From positions 1 through 44,213 of the forward strand of contig CATYHY010000001.1 in NCBI GenBank assembly GCA_958407085.1: a stretch of 44,213 bases of DNA. Direction: 5' to 3'. This DNA comes from an uncultured Collinsella sp. (lineage in GTDB: Bacteria > Actinomycetota > Coriobacteriia > Coriobacteriales > Coriobacteriaceae). Of the stretch, positions 17,594-28,870 are shown piece by piece. The notes under the pieces were generated by a model. It searched no databases. It worked only from the letters and a program-made list of their open reading frames with translations, and was not told the DNA's origin. Each line of letters starts with the position of its first letter. Position 1 is the stretch's first letter. A program made the position numbers and the translations under genes.

Positions 17594-17670
17594 GGCCCGT
17601 TCGTCTAGCGGTTTAGGACGCCGCCCTCTCAAGGCGGAGATCACCAGTTCGAATCTGGTACGGGCTACCA
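17594..17670 (+). tRNA. tRNA-Glu(CTC)
   Basis: Acceptor GGCCCGT/ACGGGCT, anticodon arm CCGCC-ctCTCaa-GGCGG, GTTCGAAT T-loop, encoded CCA. Confidence 0.97.
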
Positions 17671-17681
17671 CAAAATGAACG

Positions 17682-17709
17682 CCCGGGCCTCGCAAGAGAC
17701 CCGGGTTTT
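17682..17709 (+). terminator. tRNA operon terminator
   Basis: CCCGGGCCTC-gcaa-GAGACCCGGG-TTTT. Confidence 0.75.
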
Positions 17710-17765
17710 GTGTATACACAGCATGTGTGGAATGAGCCGCGTTTCACCTGGACCGAGGAGTTGCC

Positions 17766-18683
17766 ATGGACCTGCCCATCAGCCTACAAGACATTACGTA
17801 TGCCGAGAATTACCTGGCGCAGGGAGACTTGGCCACGGCGACGCCGCTGTTGGAGCGTCTGGTTGAGCTCGCCGAGGAGTATATCGATGCCGAGTGCAAG
17901 ACGGAGGAGAACCGCCAGTACTTTAGCTTCGATAGCAAGTTTGAGCGTCTGGCCTACCGTCGTGTGGAAAAGGATCCGCGCGAGCTGGTGCAGGTCGAGG
18001 TGCCCTTTGATCGCCTGTATTCCGACATGGCGTTTGCCTACATTCGCCAGCAGGATTACGTGAGTGCTCGTAATGCTTTGATGCAGGCCGTGCGCTGGGA
18101 CCCCATGAACTGCAACTACCGCCTGGATCTGGCCGAGCTGTTCCGCGCCCTCGAGGACAAGCAGGAGTGGGCATCGCTTTCGTTTTCGGTGCTAGAACGT
18201 GCAAGCGATGGCAAGTGCGCCGCCCGCGCTTACGCCAATCTAGGTCAGTACTTCTTGGAGCCCGAGACCGAGAACATCTCGGCTGCTGTGGGCTGTGCTC
18301 GTCTGGCACTGCGCCTGGCCCCTGGCGATGCGCATACGACGCGCCTGCTCAACAAGATCCATGCTGCCTATCCCGATGCCGCCGAGGAGAGCGACGAGCA
18401 CGTGATGGGCGAGCTGGCGTTGCAGGGCGTACCGACCTCGCCTTCGGCCGAAATTGCCATTTGCCTGATCATGTGTGCGACCGATGCCGCAAGCGACGGC
18501 GACAAGCAGGAGGCTACGCGCCTGACGGTCCGTGCCCGTGACCTGGTGGGCGAGGAGGCGTGCGCGGCGATCATTAAGCTGGTGCGCGAGAGCGATGCCG
18601 AGCTCAACGCCGAGCGCAAGGCTAAGCGCGCAGGCGCCGACAAGGGAGCCGACGGCGTCAAGGAGGCCGGCGATGCCCAGTAA
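17766..18683 (+). CDS. TPR-like helical repeat protein
   Basis: YSDMAFAYIRQQDYVSARNALMQAVRWDP and AYANLGQYF TPR patterns; SD GAGGAG; overlaps smpB. Confidence 0.8.
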   Translation: MDLPISLQDITYAENYLAQGDLATATPLLERLVELAEEYIDAECKTEENRQYFSFDSKFERLAYRRVEKDPRELVQVEVPFDRLYSDMAFAYIRQQDYVSARNALMQAVRWDPMNCNYRLDLAELFRALEDKQEWASLSFSVLERASDGKCAARAYANLGQYFLEPETENISAAVGCARLALRLAPGDAHTTRLLNKIHAAYPDAAEESDEHVMGELALQGVPTSPSAEIAICLIMCATDAASDGDKQEATRLTVRARDLVGEEACAAIIKLVRESDAELNAERKAKRAGADKGADGVKEAGDAQ

Positions 18684-19143
18684 GCGCGAACGCAAGCTCA
18701 TTTCCAAGAATCGCTCGGCGCATCACGAGTACTTTATCGACGAGACGTTCGAATGTGGCATTGAACTGAGCGGTACCGAGGTCAAGTCGATTCGCGAGCG
18801 CGCCTGTCAGATCACTGACACCTTTGCGCTGATTCGCGGCGGCGAGTGTTGGTTGGTGGGCCTGCATATTCACCCTTACAGCCACGGTGGTGTGTGGAAC
18901 CGTGACCCCGATCGCCGGCGCCGTCTGCTGCTGCATCGCAAGGAGATTGATTTTCTTGACGGCAAGCTGCGCAACCGCGGCTATGCGCTGGTGCCGTTGG
19001 AGCTCTACTTTAATACCGATGGTCGCGTAAAGCTGCTGTTGGGTCTGGGCCGCGGCAAAAAGCTTTACGACAAGCGCGAGGATATGGCCAAGCGCGACGT
19101 TCAGCGCGAGATTGACCGCGCCCTCAAGGAGCGCAATCGCTAG
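18673..19143 (+). CDS. smpB: SsrA-binding protein SmpB
   Basis: NRSAHHEYFI, GIELSGTEVKSIR, RRLLLHRKEI, GKKLYDKR; SD AGGAGG before ATG 18673. Confidence 0.97.
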   Translation: MPSKRERKLISKNRSAHHEYFIDETFECGIELSGTEVKSIRERACQITDTFALIRGGECWLVGLHIHPYSHGGVWNRDPDRRRRLLLHRKEIDFLDGKLRNRGYALVPLELYFNTDGRVKLLLGLGRGKKLYDKREDMAKRDVQREIDRALKERNR

Positions 19144-19155
19144 GCGCTCTGTATA

Positions 19156-19222
19156 AATTGCGGTGGAATACGGACTGTTTTGCCTGTTTGAGGGGCTATT
19201 CAGCCCCTATTTCACCGCAACT
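19156..19222. repeat. Family A palindromic element, copy 2
   Basis: AATTGCGGTGGAATACGGACTG...CAGCCCCTATTTCACCGCAACT, 67 bp. Confidence 0.9.
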
Positions 19223-19264
19223 GCGGGCGTCTCATCTCCCTTACTGTTCTGACACATATGTCTC

Positions 19265-19298
19265 AAAGGCGGCGTCCGTTATGGGCGTTGCCTTTTTT
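19265..19298 (+). terminator. Terminator downstream of smpB
   Basis: AAAGGCGGCGTCC-gttat-GGGCGTTGCC followed by T6. Confidence 0.7.
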
Positions 19299-19349
19299 GT
19301 GGGTACATACATCCATGAGGTTCCAACCCTGGTTAGGGGAGTGGTCGTT

Positions 19350-19853
19350 ATGGACAAAACTGCGTTCTTTACGATGCCGAGTGGTCTGTATGTGGTGAGT
19401 GCCGCGGCCGACGGGATGCGTGCCGGCTGCGTCATCAACACGGCGGTGCAGGTGACGTCCATGCCGCCGCGAATTTCGGTTGCCGTGAACAAGGACAACG
19501 TCACCTCGGGCGTCATCGCATCGGCCAAAGCGTTCGCGCTGACCGTGATCGATCAGACCGCCGACATGCTCTACATCGGTAACTTTGGGTTCCGCACCAG
19601 CAGCGATTATGACAAGTTTGCCAAGTACGAGACCCGCGAGACTGCCCTTGGCATGCCCTATGTGCCCGAACACGCGGCGGCGCTGTTTAGTTGCCGTCTG
19701 ATCGACACCGTGGACGTGGGCACGCATCTGCTGTTTATCGGCGAGGTTGAGGATGCCGAGCGTCTGAGCGGCGAGACCCCGCTGACCTATGACTACTACC
19801 ACAAGGTGCTGAAGGGCAAGACGCCGCCCAAGGCGTCTTCGTACCAAGGGTAG
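19350..19853 (+). CDS. Flavin reductase family protein
   Basis: GLYVVSA, GCVINTAVQVTS, NFGFRTS..DKF, DVGTHLLFIGEV, PLTYDYYHKVLKGKTP. Confidence 0.88.
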   Translation: MDKTAFFTMPSGLYVVSAAADGMRAGCVINTAVQVTSMPPRISVAVNKDNVTSGVIASAKAFALTVIDQTADMLYIGNFGFRTSSDYDKFAKYETRETALGMPYVPEHAAALFSCRLIDTVDVGTHLLFIGEVEDAERLSGETPLTYDYYHKVLKGKTPPKASSYQG

Positions 19854-19941
19854 AAATGGTTGAAAACTACTTGCATTATATTATTGAGAATATATACTAA
19901 TAAGCAAGTACACCAGCAGTCACGTTCGAGAGGAGAACATC

Positions 19942-20085
19942 ATGGCTGAGGAAAAGAAGACGTACAAGTTCGTGTGCACCGTTTGCGGTTATGAGGTTGA
20001 GGTCGATACGCCCGAGTTGCCCGAGGATTACGTGTGCCCGGTCTGCGGCGTCGGTCCCGATCAGTTTGAGCTCGTCGAGGAGTAA
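19942..20085 (+). CDS. Rubredoxin (47 aa, not in the ORF track)
   Basis: Translated by hand: [47 protein letters not shown]; two CxxCG knuckles; SD GAGGAG. Confidence 0.93.
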   Translation: MAEEKKTYKFVCTVCGYEVEVDTPELPEDYVCPVCGVGPDQFELVEE

Positions 20086-20125
20086 CTCGTAGACACACGA
20101 CTTGCAGCAACACATAGCTCTGTCC

Positions 20126-20165
20126 AAGGGTCTCGGTCGGTCACCCCGGCCGGGGCCCTTTTCTT
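20126..20165 (+). terminator. Rubredoxin terminator
   Basis: AAGGGTCTCGGTCGG...CCGGCCGGGGCCCTT followed by TTCTT. Confidence 0.65.
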
Positions 20166-20227
20166 CCGTCCCCAAGGCATCACGGCTGCTATTAGCAGAT
20201 CCTGCCTGTTGTGAGTCCGGCCGACCG

Positions 20228-20530
20228 TTTGTCTCAATCTGTAACATGTGGCGGCTCAAAAAGGGTCTACGTGTTACAGGTTGAGACAAAAGGTTGGAGC
20301 TGAAGAAATGTCTCGATCTGTAACATCTAGAAGCGGAAATTGGGTCTACTTGTTACAGATTGAGACAAACCAAAACCGTCCGGCAGAAAATCTCAATCTG
20401 TAACATCTAGCAGTGAAAACGGGGTCTACGTGTTACAGATTGAGACAAACGGAGCTGTCCCTCGGAATGATCTCGATCTGTAACATCTAGACATCAAAAG
20501 CGGGTCTAGATGTTACAGATCGAGACGTTT
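20228..20530. repeat. Family B palindromic array 1 (4 units)
   Basis: TCTCRATCTGTAACA-N25-TGTTACAGATYGAGA units starting 20232, 20311, 20391 and 20471. Confidence 0.96.
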
Positions 20531-20553
20531 GCCTGGGTGGGTGTCCCGTCCCA

Positions 20554-21810
20554 TCACATCCCCGTTAGCAGCACGATGTCGAGAGCCGTCACAATGGCAC
20601 CGATCCCTACGAGCAACGCGTTGAGCGGGCGCGAGTTGGCGTATTTGCCCATGACACGGCGTGAGCTGGTGAGCCGTATGAGCACAAAGACCGTAATCGG
20701 CAGTTGAAGCGACAGCAGTGCCTGACTCCAGATGAGACCTTCAAAAGGATTCGGGACGACCAGGCACGCCGCCACTGCACCGACGAAACAGGCTGCCACC
20801 CCGATCGAGGAATGTCGGTCGTGGATGTCGTATTCCTCGTCGAACATGCCCGCCGAAATGGTGCCCGCCGCCATGCCCGCCGTCACACTGCTCGATAGGC
20901 CCGCAAACAGCAGCGCCACCGCAAAGATGGTCGAGCTCGCCGGGCCCAAGATGGGGGAGAGCGTGGCCGCTGCGACAGCGAGGTCGTCTACGACCATGCC
21001 GTGCGCAAAGAAGGTCGTTGCGGCCAGGATGACCATGGCCGAGTTGATTGCCCAGCCCACGCCCATCGAAAAGAGCGTGTCGAAGAGTTCGTAGCGCAGG
21101 CGTTCTTCGATAACCTGCTCGCCTTGGCCTTCGAAGTGCATGGATTGGATGACCTCGGAGTGTAGGAAGAGGTTGTGTGGCATAACGACCGCACCCAGGA
21201 CACTCACGATAATCGCGGCAGAGCCAGTGGGCATACTGGGCGTGATCCAGCTTGCGGCGGCTTGCGGCCAGTCGACCTTGACCAGCGCAAGCTCGGCTAA
21301 AAACGAAAGTCCTACCACGCCCACGAAGGCGATGATCCATTGCTCGGCGCGTTTGTAGGAGCTTGTCATGAGCATGGCAATCGATGCCGCCGCCACGATG
21401 ATGCAGCCGGCGCGTACGGGCAGGCCAAAGAGCATTTGAAGCGCGATCGCGCCGCCCAGCACTTCGGCCATGGCGGTGGCGATGGTCGCGAGATAGGCAC
21501 TGGCGAGCACCGTGCGCCCAACGAAGCGGGGGAGGTAACGTGTCGTGGCCTCGGCAAGGCAGGCGCCCGTGGCGATGCCCAGGTGCGCCGCGTTGTGCTG
21601 CAACACGATGAGCATAATCGTGGACAGCGTGACGATCCACAGCAGCGCGTAGCCAAACTGCGAGCCGGCGGCCATATTGGAGGCCCAATTGCCCGGGTCG
21701 ATAAAGCCGACGGTCACGAGCAACCCGGGGCCGATATGCCGCGCGATGTCGAGTCCTCCGTGGCCACCGGTGCGCGGGGAGCCAAAGTGATGTTTGAGAT
21801 GGTTGAGCAT
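20554..21810 (-). CDS. mntH: Nramp family Mn2+/divalent metal transporter
   Basis: GPGLLVTVGFIDPGNW, GAVVMPHNLFLHS, SQALLSLQLP; SD AGGAG favours ATG 21810. Confidence 0.93.
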   Translation of the reverse strand: MLNHLKHHFGSPRTGGHGGLDIARHIGPGLLVTVGFIDPGNWASNMAAGSQFGYALLWIVTLSTIMLIVLQHNAAHLGIATGACLAEATTRYLPRFVGRTVLASAYLATIATAMAEVLGGAIALQMLFGLPVRAGCIIVAAASIAMLMTSSYKRAEQWIIAFVGVVGLSFLAELALVKVDWPQAAASWITPSMPTGSAAIIVSVLGAVVMPHNLFLHSEVIQSMHFEGQGEQVIEERLRYELFDTLFSMGVGWAINSAMVILAATTFFAHGMVVDDLAVAAATLSPILGPASSTIFAVALLFAGLSSSVTAGMAAGTISAGMFDEEYDIHDRHSSIGVAACFVGAVAACLVVPNPFEGLIWSQALLSLQLPITVFVLIRLTSSRRVMGKYANSRPLNALLVGIGAIVTALDIVLLTGM

Positions 21811-21870
21811 GGTGCGCTCCTGCGTGCCGTTTGTTTGACGCCGCAAAGGATACCCGTTTTAGGCTCAAAA

Positions 21871-21886
21871 GTTAACCAAGACTAAC
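21871..21886. promoter_or_regulatory. Candidate DtxR/MntR-family operator upstream of mntH
   Basis: GTTAACCAAGACTAAC imperfect palindrome flanked by A-tracts, about 60 bp upstream of the start. Confidence 0.45.
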
Positions 21887-21931
21887 AAAATTGCTGTATT
21901 TGAATAGGATGGTGAAGGGGGGCTGCCGAAA

Positions 21932-22153
21932 TGTCTTGATCTGTAACAACTAGGGATGGAAATTGGGTCTAGGTGTTACAGATCGAGACAGGAAGAAATG
22001 GTCCTATGGAATATCTCGATCTGTAACAGCTGACCGCCAAAACCGGCCCTTCGTGTTACAGATTGAGACATTCGGAGCCGTCTCTCAAAAACATCTCAAT
22101 CTGTAACAGCTAGTCGTCGAAGTTGGGTCTTCCTGTTACAGATTGAGATGTTT
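21932..22153. repeat. Family B palindromic array 2 (3 units)
   Basis: Left arms at 21934, 22014 and 22094; right arms at 21974, 22054 and 22134. Confidence 0.96.
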
Positions 22154-22332
22154 GAAGCGGTGAGTTTACGGGCCGAACCTGGGGTCCTTGCTGTCGCCCT
22201 TGAGCTCGGCGGTGTCCACTCGTAGGGCGCGCGTTACGCGATTGTTTCGAAACGGGCGGGAAACACAACGGGCCGGCGATGCACCTAGTATGCCTAGTCA
22301 ACTGACTGTCTAACACCTAGGGGAGGATCGCG

Positions 22333-25300
22333 ATGCAGGCAGATTCCGCTCAGCAGCAGGGCCTTTATCGCCCCGAATTCGACCACGATGCATGTGGCAT
22401 CGGCGCGCTTGCCGATATCAACGGTGAGCGCCATCACCAGATTCTGGACGATGCGCTGTCCATTCTGGTCAACTTGGAGCACCGCGGCGGCACAGGACTC
22501 GAGAAGAACACTGGCGACGGCGCTGGCATCCTGTTCCAGGTTCCGCATCACTTTTTCCGTAAAGAGGCTCAAAAGTGTGGCCAGATTCTGCCGGCAGAGG
22601 GCGACTATGGCGTGGCCATGCTGTTCTTCCCGCAGGACGAGAAGGGCGTAGAGGATGCCCGCCGCGTGTTTGAGGAGGGCTGCGCCGAGGCTGGCGTGCC
22701 GCTGCTCTTTTGGCGCGAGGTGCCGGTCGACCCGCACGACCTGGGCGAGACAGCCCGCGCCTGCATGCCCACTATCCTTCAGGCCTTCCTGGGCCGACCG
22801 GACGACACGCCGGCGGGCGACGCCTTCGAGCGCCGTCTGTACGTGTGCCGCCGCACCATCGAGAAGAAGGCCGATGCCGAGTTTGCCCTGCGCGACAAGA
22901 TCTTCTACGTGTGCTCCATGAGCTCGCGCACCATCGTGTACAAGGGCATGCTGGTCGCCACGCAGATGCGCCGCTTCTTCATCGACCTCAACGACGCCGC
23001 CGTCAAGACGGCCGTGGCGCTCGTCCACTCGCGCTACTCCACCAATACCACGCCCAGCTGGGAGCGTGCACATCCCAACCGCTTTATCATCCACAACGGC
23101 GAGATCAACACCCTCAAGGGCAACGTCAACTGGATTCGCGCCCGCGAGCCCAACCTGTACAGCCCCGTGCTGCAGCACGATCTTGAGCGCGTGATGCCCA
23201 TCATCAACCGCGAGGGCTCCGACTCCGCGATTCTGGACAACGTGCTCGAGTTTTTGGTCATGAACGGCCGTCCGCTCACGCGCGCCGCATCCATGCTGCT
23301 GCCCGAGCCGTGGGACCACAACGACAGCCTGAGCGAGGAGCGCCGCGCCTACGACGCCTACCAGTCCATGCTCATGGAGCCGTGGGACGGTCCTGCCGCT
23401 ATCGCCTTTACCGACGGTCGCACGCTGGGTGCCGCCCTCGACCGTAACGGCTTGCGTCCCGCCCGCTACTATGTGACGCGCGACGGTCGCTTTATGCTGG
23501 CAAGCGAGGTGGGCACCATCGAGGTGAGCCCCGAGAACATCCTGACGAGCGGCTGCCTGGGACCGGGCCAGATGCTCGAGGTCGATTTTGCCCGCGGCCG
23601 CGTCATCTACAACGACGAGCTGCGCGCCCGTTACGCCAAGGAAAAGCCCTATCGCGACTGGATCGCCGAGGAGACGCTGACCGTCGACGCACTCGACAAG
23701 CCCGCCGCGCCCGCGCCCGCCGAGGATGCCGAGGTGCCCGCCGCCGTGCGCATGGCCAAGCTCGGGTATCACTGGGATGATGTTGACGAAGTCGTGCGTC
23801 CCATGGCCCAGCAGGGCAAGGCGCCGCTCGCCTCGATGGGTGTCGATGCGCCGCTGGCCTGCCTGTCCAAGAAGACGCGCTCGTTCTTCGACTACTTCTA
23901 TCAGCTGTTCGCTCAGGTCACGAACCCGCCGATCGACGCCCTGCGCGAGCATATGGTCACCTCGACCACGCTCTACCTGGGCAACCACGGCAACCTGCTC
24001 GAGGACTCCCGCACGGCCTGCCAGCTGGTGCGTCTGGAGTGCCCGCTGCTGAGCGAGGAGGAGTTCGACCGCATTTGCGCGATTGACCGTGTTGGCTTTA
24101 AGACCCGCCGGTTCCGTGCCGTGTACCGCCGCGATGCGGGTGAGGGCGCGCTGCAGGCTGCGCTCAAGCAGCTTGCAGAGGACGTTGAGGCTGCGGTCCG
24201 CGACGGCGTGAACATCGTGGTATTGAGCGACCGCGCTGCCGCAGGCGAGGTACCCGTACCGTCACTGCTCGCCGTGGGCTGCGTGCACAACCACCTGATC
24301 CGCGCCGGCGTGCGTACCTTTGCCGACATCGTGGTGGAGTGCGGCGATGCCGTGTCCCCGCACGACTTTGCGGCGCTGGTGGGCTACTCCGCGAGCGGCA
24401 TCTATCCGTACAACGCGCATGCGTGCATTCGCGACTTGGCGGCGCACGGCGATCTGGACGTGACAGCCGAGCAGGGCATCGCCAACTACAACAAGGCTGC
24501 GACCGCCGGCATCGTTTCCATCATGTCCAAGATGGGCATCTCCACAGTGCAGAGCTACCATTCGGCGCAGATCTTCGAGGCCGTGGGCTTTACGCCGGAG
24601 TTCGTCAATGCGTACTTCGCTGGCACGGTGAGCCGTGTGGGCGGTATGGGTGTCGAGGACGTTGAGCGCGAGCAAAACGAGCGCTACGACGCCGCGCTCG
24701 CTATCCTTAAGAGCCCGGCTCCCGATCAACTGCCCACGCTGGGCCTGACCAAGTGGCGCCCGCTTGGCGGCGAGGATCACCTCATCGATCCGCAGACTGT
24801 CTACTTGCTGCAGACCGCCTGCCGTGAGGACAGCTACGACACCTTTAAGGAGTACAGCGCCCGCCTGCACCGCACCGGCCGTGCCGTGCGCCTGCGTGAC
24901 CTGCTGGACTTTAATGCCAACGGTCGCACGCCGGTTTCGCTCGACGAGGTGGAGCCCGCGCTCAACATCGTCCGCCGCTTTAACACCGGCGCCATGTCGT
25001 ACGGTTCCATCAGCAAAGAGGCACACGAGTGCATGGCCATCGCCATGAACCGCCTGCACGGTCGTTCCAACTCGGGCGAGGGCGGCGAGGATCCGCGTCG
25101 CGAGACCCCGCTGGCCAACGGTGACTCCAAGAATTCCGCCATCAAGCAGGTGGCAAGCGCGCGCTTTGGCGTGACGAGCCGCTACCTGTGCAGCGCCTTT
25201 GAGATTCAGATCAAGATGGCCCAGGGCGCCAAACCCGGCGAGGGCGGACACCTGCCCGGCAAGAAGGTCTACCCCTGGATTGCCGAGGTCCGTCAGTCCA

Positions 25301-27018
25301 CGCCCGGCATCGGCCTGATCTCGCCTCCGCCGCACCACGACATCTACTCCATCGAGGACCTGGCGGAGCTTATCTTCGATCTTAAGAACGCCAACCCCGG
25401 CGCGCGCGTGTCGGTCAAGCTGGTCAGCGAGGCCGGCGTCGGCACCATCGCCACCGGTGTGGCCAAGGGCGCGGCCGACAAGATCTTGATCAGCGGTCAC
25501 AATGGCGGCTCGGGCGCCGCTGCGCGCGACTCTATCTGGCATGCGGGCCTGCCGCTGGAGCTTGGCCTTGCCGAGGCCCAGCAGACGCTGCTGCAAAACG
25601 GCCTGCGCTCGCGCGTGGTGCTCGAGGCCGATGGCAAGCTCATGGACGGCACCGATGTTGCTGTCGCTTGCCTGTTGGGCGCCGAGGAGTTTGGCTTTGC
25701 TACCATGCCACTCATCTCCATGGGCTGCCTCATGCAGCGTGACTGCCAGCAGGATACCTGTCCGGCCGGCATCGCGACGCAAAACTGCCGCCTGCGTCAC
25801 GGCTTCCGCGGTAAGCCCGAGCACGTTGAGCACTTTATGCTCTTTGTGGCCGAGCAGCTGCGCGAGATCATGGCGAGCCTGGGCTTCCGCACCATCGACG
25901 AGATGGTCGGCCATCCCGAGTGCTTGCGTCAGATCGAGGTCCCGGGCAACCGCAAGGCAAACCTGCTCGATCTGTCGCCCGTGCTGGCGAGCGCGACCTG
26001 CGAGTTCGGTGCCCATATCCCGGGTGCCGACGGTCGCCACTTCCTGCCGCAGATGGCCGCGGACAGCGAGCTCGACAAGACGCTCGACTCCACGTTGTTT
26101 GTGCCCTATACGGCCGATGCCCGTGCACACCTGCGTCCGATTCGCTTCCGCGCCGATATCGCCAACGTCAACCGCTGCGTGGGCACCATCTTGGGCAACG
26201 CGGTGACCAAGGCGCATCCCGAGGGCCTGCCCGCCGGCTCCATCACCGTCGATTGCGATGGTTCGGCCGGTCAGAGCTTTGGTGCCTTCCTGCCGCGCGG
26301 CATTACGCTCAACGTGTGCGGCGACGCCAACGATTACTTTGGCAAGGGCCTTTCGGGCGGCGAGGTGTCGGTGCGCCCCAATCCGCATGCGACCTACAAG
26401 TTCGACGAGAACATCATCGTGGGCAACGTTGCGTTCTTTGGTGCTACGAGCGGCCGCGGCTTCATTAACGGTCTTGCCGGCCAGCGTTTTGCCGTGCGTA
26501 ACTCCGGTGCCACCGTGGTGGTCGAGGGCTGCGGCAATCATGGCTGCGAGTACATGACGGGCGGTCTGGCGCTCATCCTGGGCGAGGTCGGGCAGAACTT
26601 TGCCGCCGGTATGACGGGCGGCGCGGCCTATGTCTTTGACCAATACGGCACGCTCGACGCCCGCGTGAACCATGAGAGCGTGGAGCTCAAGGCCCCGACG
26701 GCCGACGAGCTGGCGCAGATTCGTGCGCTCATCCAAGAGCACGTGGACGCGACGCAGAGCCCGCGCGGCATTAAGCTGCTCTACAGCTTTGAGACGATGA
26801 GCAAGCACTTTGTGAAGGTCATTCCGACTGAGTACGAACGCGTGCTGGCGATTGTCGCTGCGGCCGAGCCCGTGGGCAAGACGCATGCGCAGGCTGAGGA
26901 GCTGGCGTTTGACATTGTGACCGGTCGCGCGAGCGCCGCGGATGTCGCTCGCTTCGATGTCACGGGCGCTGCGTCCGTGGCTGCCAGCTCTGTTGCTTCG
27001 AACAAGAAGGAGGCGTAA
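22333..27018 (+). CDS. gltB: Glutamate synthase large subunit
   Basis: HDACGIG N-terminus, HSRYSTNT, HNGEINT, EPWDGPA, QIKMAQGAKPGEGG, ISPPPHHDIYSIEDL, Fe-S cysteines. Confidence 0.98.
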   Translation: MQADSAQQQGLYRPEFDHDACGIGALADINGERHHQILDDALSILVNLEHRGGTGLEKNTGDGAGILFQVPHHFFRKEAQKCGQILPAEGDYGVAMLFFPQDEKGVEDARRVFEEGCAEAGVPLLFWREVPVDPHDLGETARACMPTILQAFLGRPDDTPAGDAFERRLYVCRRTIEKKADAEFALRDKIFYVCSMSSRTIVYKGMLVATQMRRFFIDLNDAAVKTAVALVHSRYSTNTTPSWERAHPNRFIIHNGEINTLKGNVNWIRAREPNLYSPVLQHDLERVMPIINREGSDSAILDNVLEFLVMNGRPLTRAASMLLPEPWDHNDSLSEERRAYDAYQSMLMEPWDGPAAIAFTDGRTLGAALDRNGLRPARYYVTRDGRFMLASEVGTIEVSPENILTSGCLGPGQMLEVDFARGRVIYNDELRARYAKEKPYRDWIAEETLTVDALDKPAAPAPAEDAEVPAAVRMAKLGYHWDDVDEVVRPMAQQGKAPLASMGVDAPLACLSKKTRSFFDYFYQLFAQVTNPPIDALREHMVTSTTLYLGNHGNLLEDSRTACQLVRLECPLLSEEEFDRICAIDRVGFKTRRFRAVYRRDAGEGALQAALKQLAEDVEAAVRDGVNIVVLSDRAAAGEVPVPSLLAVGCVHNHLIRAGVRTFADIVVECGDAVSPHDFAALVGYSASGIYPYNAHACIRDLAAHGDLDVTAEQGIANYNKAATAGIVSIMSKMGISTVQSYHSAQIFEAVGFTPEFVNAYFAGTVSRVGGMGVEDVEREQNERYDAALAILKSPAPDQLPTLGLTKWRPLGGEDHLIDPQTVYLLQTACREDSYDTFKEYSARLHRTGRAVRLRDLLDFNANGRTPVSLDEVEPALNIVRRFNTGAMSYGSISKEAHECMAIAMNRLHGRSNSGEGGEDPRRETPLANGDSKNSAIKQVASARFGVTSRYLCSAFEIQIKMAQGAKPGEGGHLPGKKVYPWIAEVRQSTPGIGLISPPPHHDIYSIEDLAELIFDLKNANPGARVSVKLVSEAGVGTIATGVAKGAADKILISGHNGGSGAAARDSIWHAGLPLELGLAEAQQTLLQNGLRSRVVLEADGKLMDGTDVAVACLLGAEEFGFATMPLISMGCLMQRDCQQDTCPAGIATQNCRLRHGFRGKPEHVEHFMLFVAEQLREIMASLGFRTIDEMVGHPECLRQIEVPGNRKANLLDLSPVLASATCEFGAHIPGADGRHFLPQMAADSELDKTLDSTLFVPYTADARAHLRPIRFRADIANVNRCVGTILGNAVTKAHPEGLPAGSITVDCDGSAGQSFGAFLPRGITLNVCGDANDYFGKGLSGGEVSVRPNPHATYKFDENIIVGNVAFFGATSGRGFINGLAGQRFAVRNSGATVVVEGCGNHGCEYMTGGLALILGEVGQNFAAGMTGGAAYVFDQYGTLDARVNHESVELKAPTADELAQIRALIQEHVDATQSPRGIKLLYSFETMSKHFVKVIPTEYERVLAIVAAAEPVGKTHAQAEELAFDIVTGRASAADVARFDVTGAASVAASSVASNKKEA

Positions 27019-27023
27019 GTGCC

Positions 27024-28505
<1,482 letters not shown>

Positions 28506-28516
28506 AGTAGTCATTT

Positions 28517-28577
28517 AAGAACGTCCCCAACGACTAGTCATTGGGGACGTTCTTTTTTGTCTAGTCGTTGGGGACAC
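28517..28577. terminator. Long hairpin/terminator after gltD with a duplicated right arm
   Basis: AAGAACGTCCCCAACGACTAGTCATTGGGGACGTTCTT followed by T-run, then a second arm CTAGTCGTTGGGGAC at 28561. Confidence 0.7.
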
Positions 28578-28870
28578 TCTTCACGGGGCGCCTGTTCGTT
28601 TGTCGACGTATGGGTGTTCATTTGTCGACTTCTTGGGCTGTGGTCACCTGTTGTTTCTGTGGTGGCTGCGGGCATCTGGCTCAAAAGGGCGGGTTGGCTG
28701 TCTATGTCTACCTGCGGTTTCTTTGCGGTGCGCTCATTCGGTCAAGTGTCCCGTCAAGTGTTTGGTTAGCATCTGGTTTGCAGTCGAAGGCCTATTTTGC
28801 CCGCGCTGACAGTGGCTGCTCGCCCTCCTCGTAAGCTCAAATTGAGGTTCATCAGTTTGAGGAGGATGCC

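Noticed and set aside
17503..17709. Integrative element at the tRNA genes
   Set aside because: No tyrosine integrase and no duplicated tRNA 3' end found in the window.
19144..19349. tmRNA (ssrA) after smpB
   Set aside because: Too short and no GGGGxTG...CCACCA ends; the region is explained by a family A element and a terminator.
20228..20530. Family B arrays as CRISPR arrays
   Set aside because: Arms alternate in orientation, the 25-nt intervening sequences are mutually homologous rather than unique, arrays are short and scattered, and no cas genes are present.
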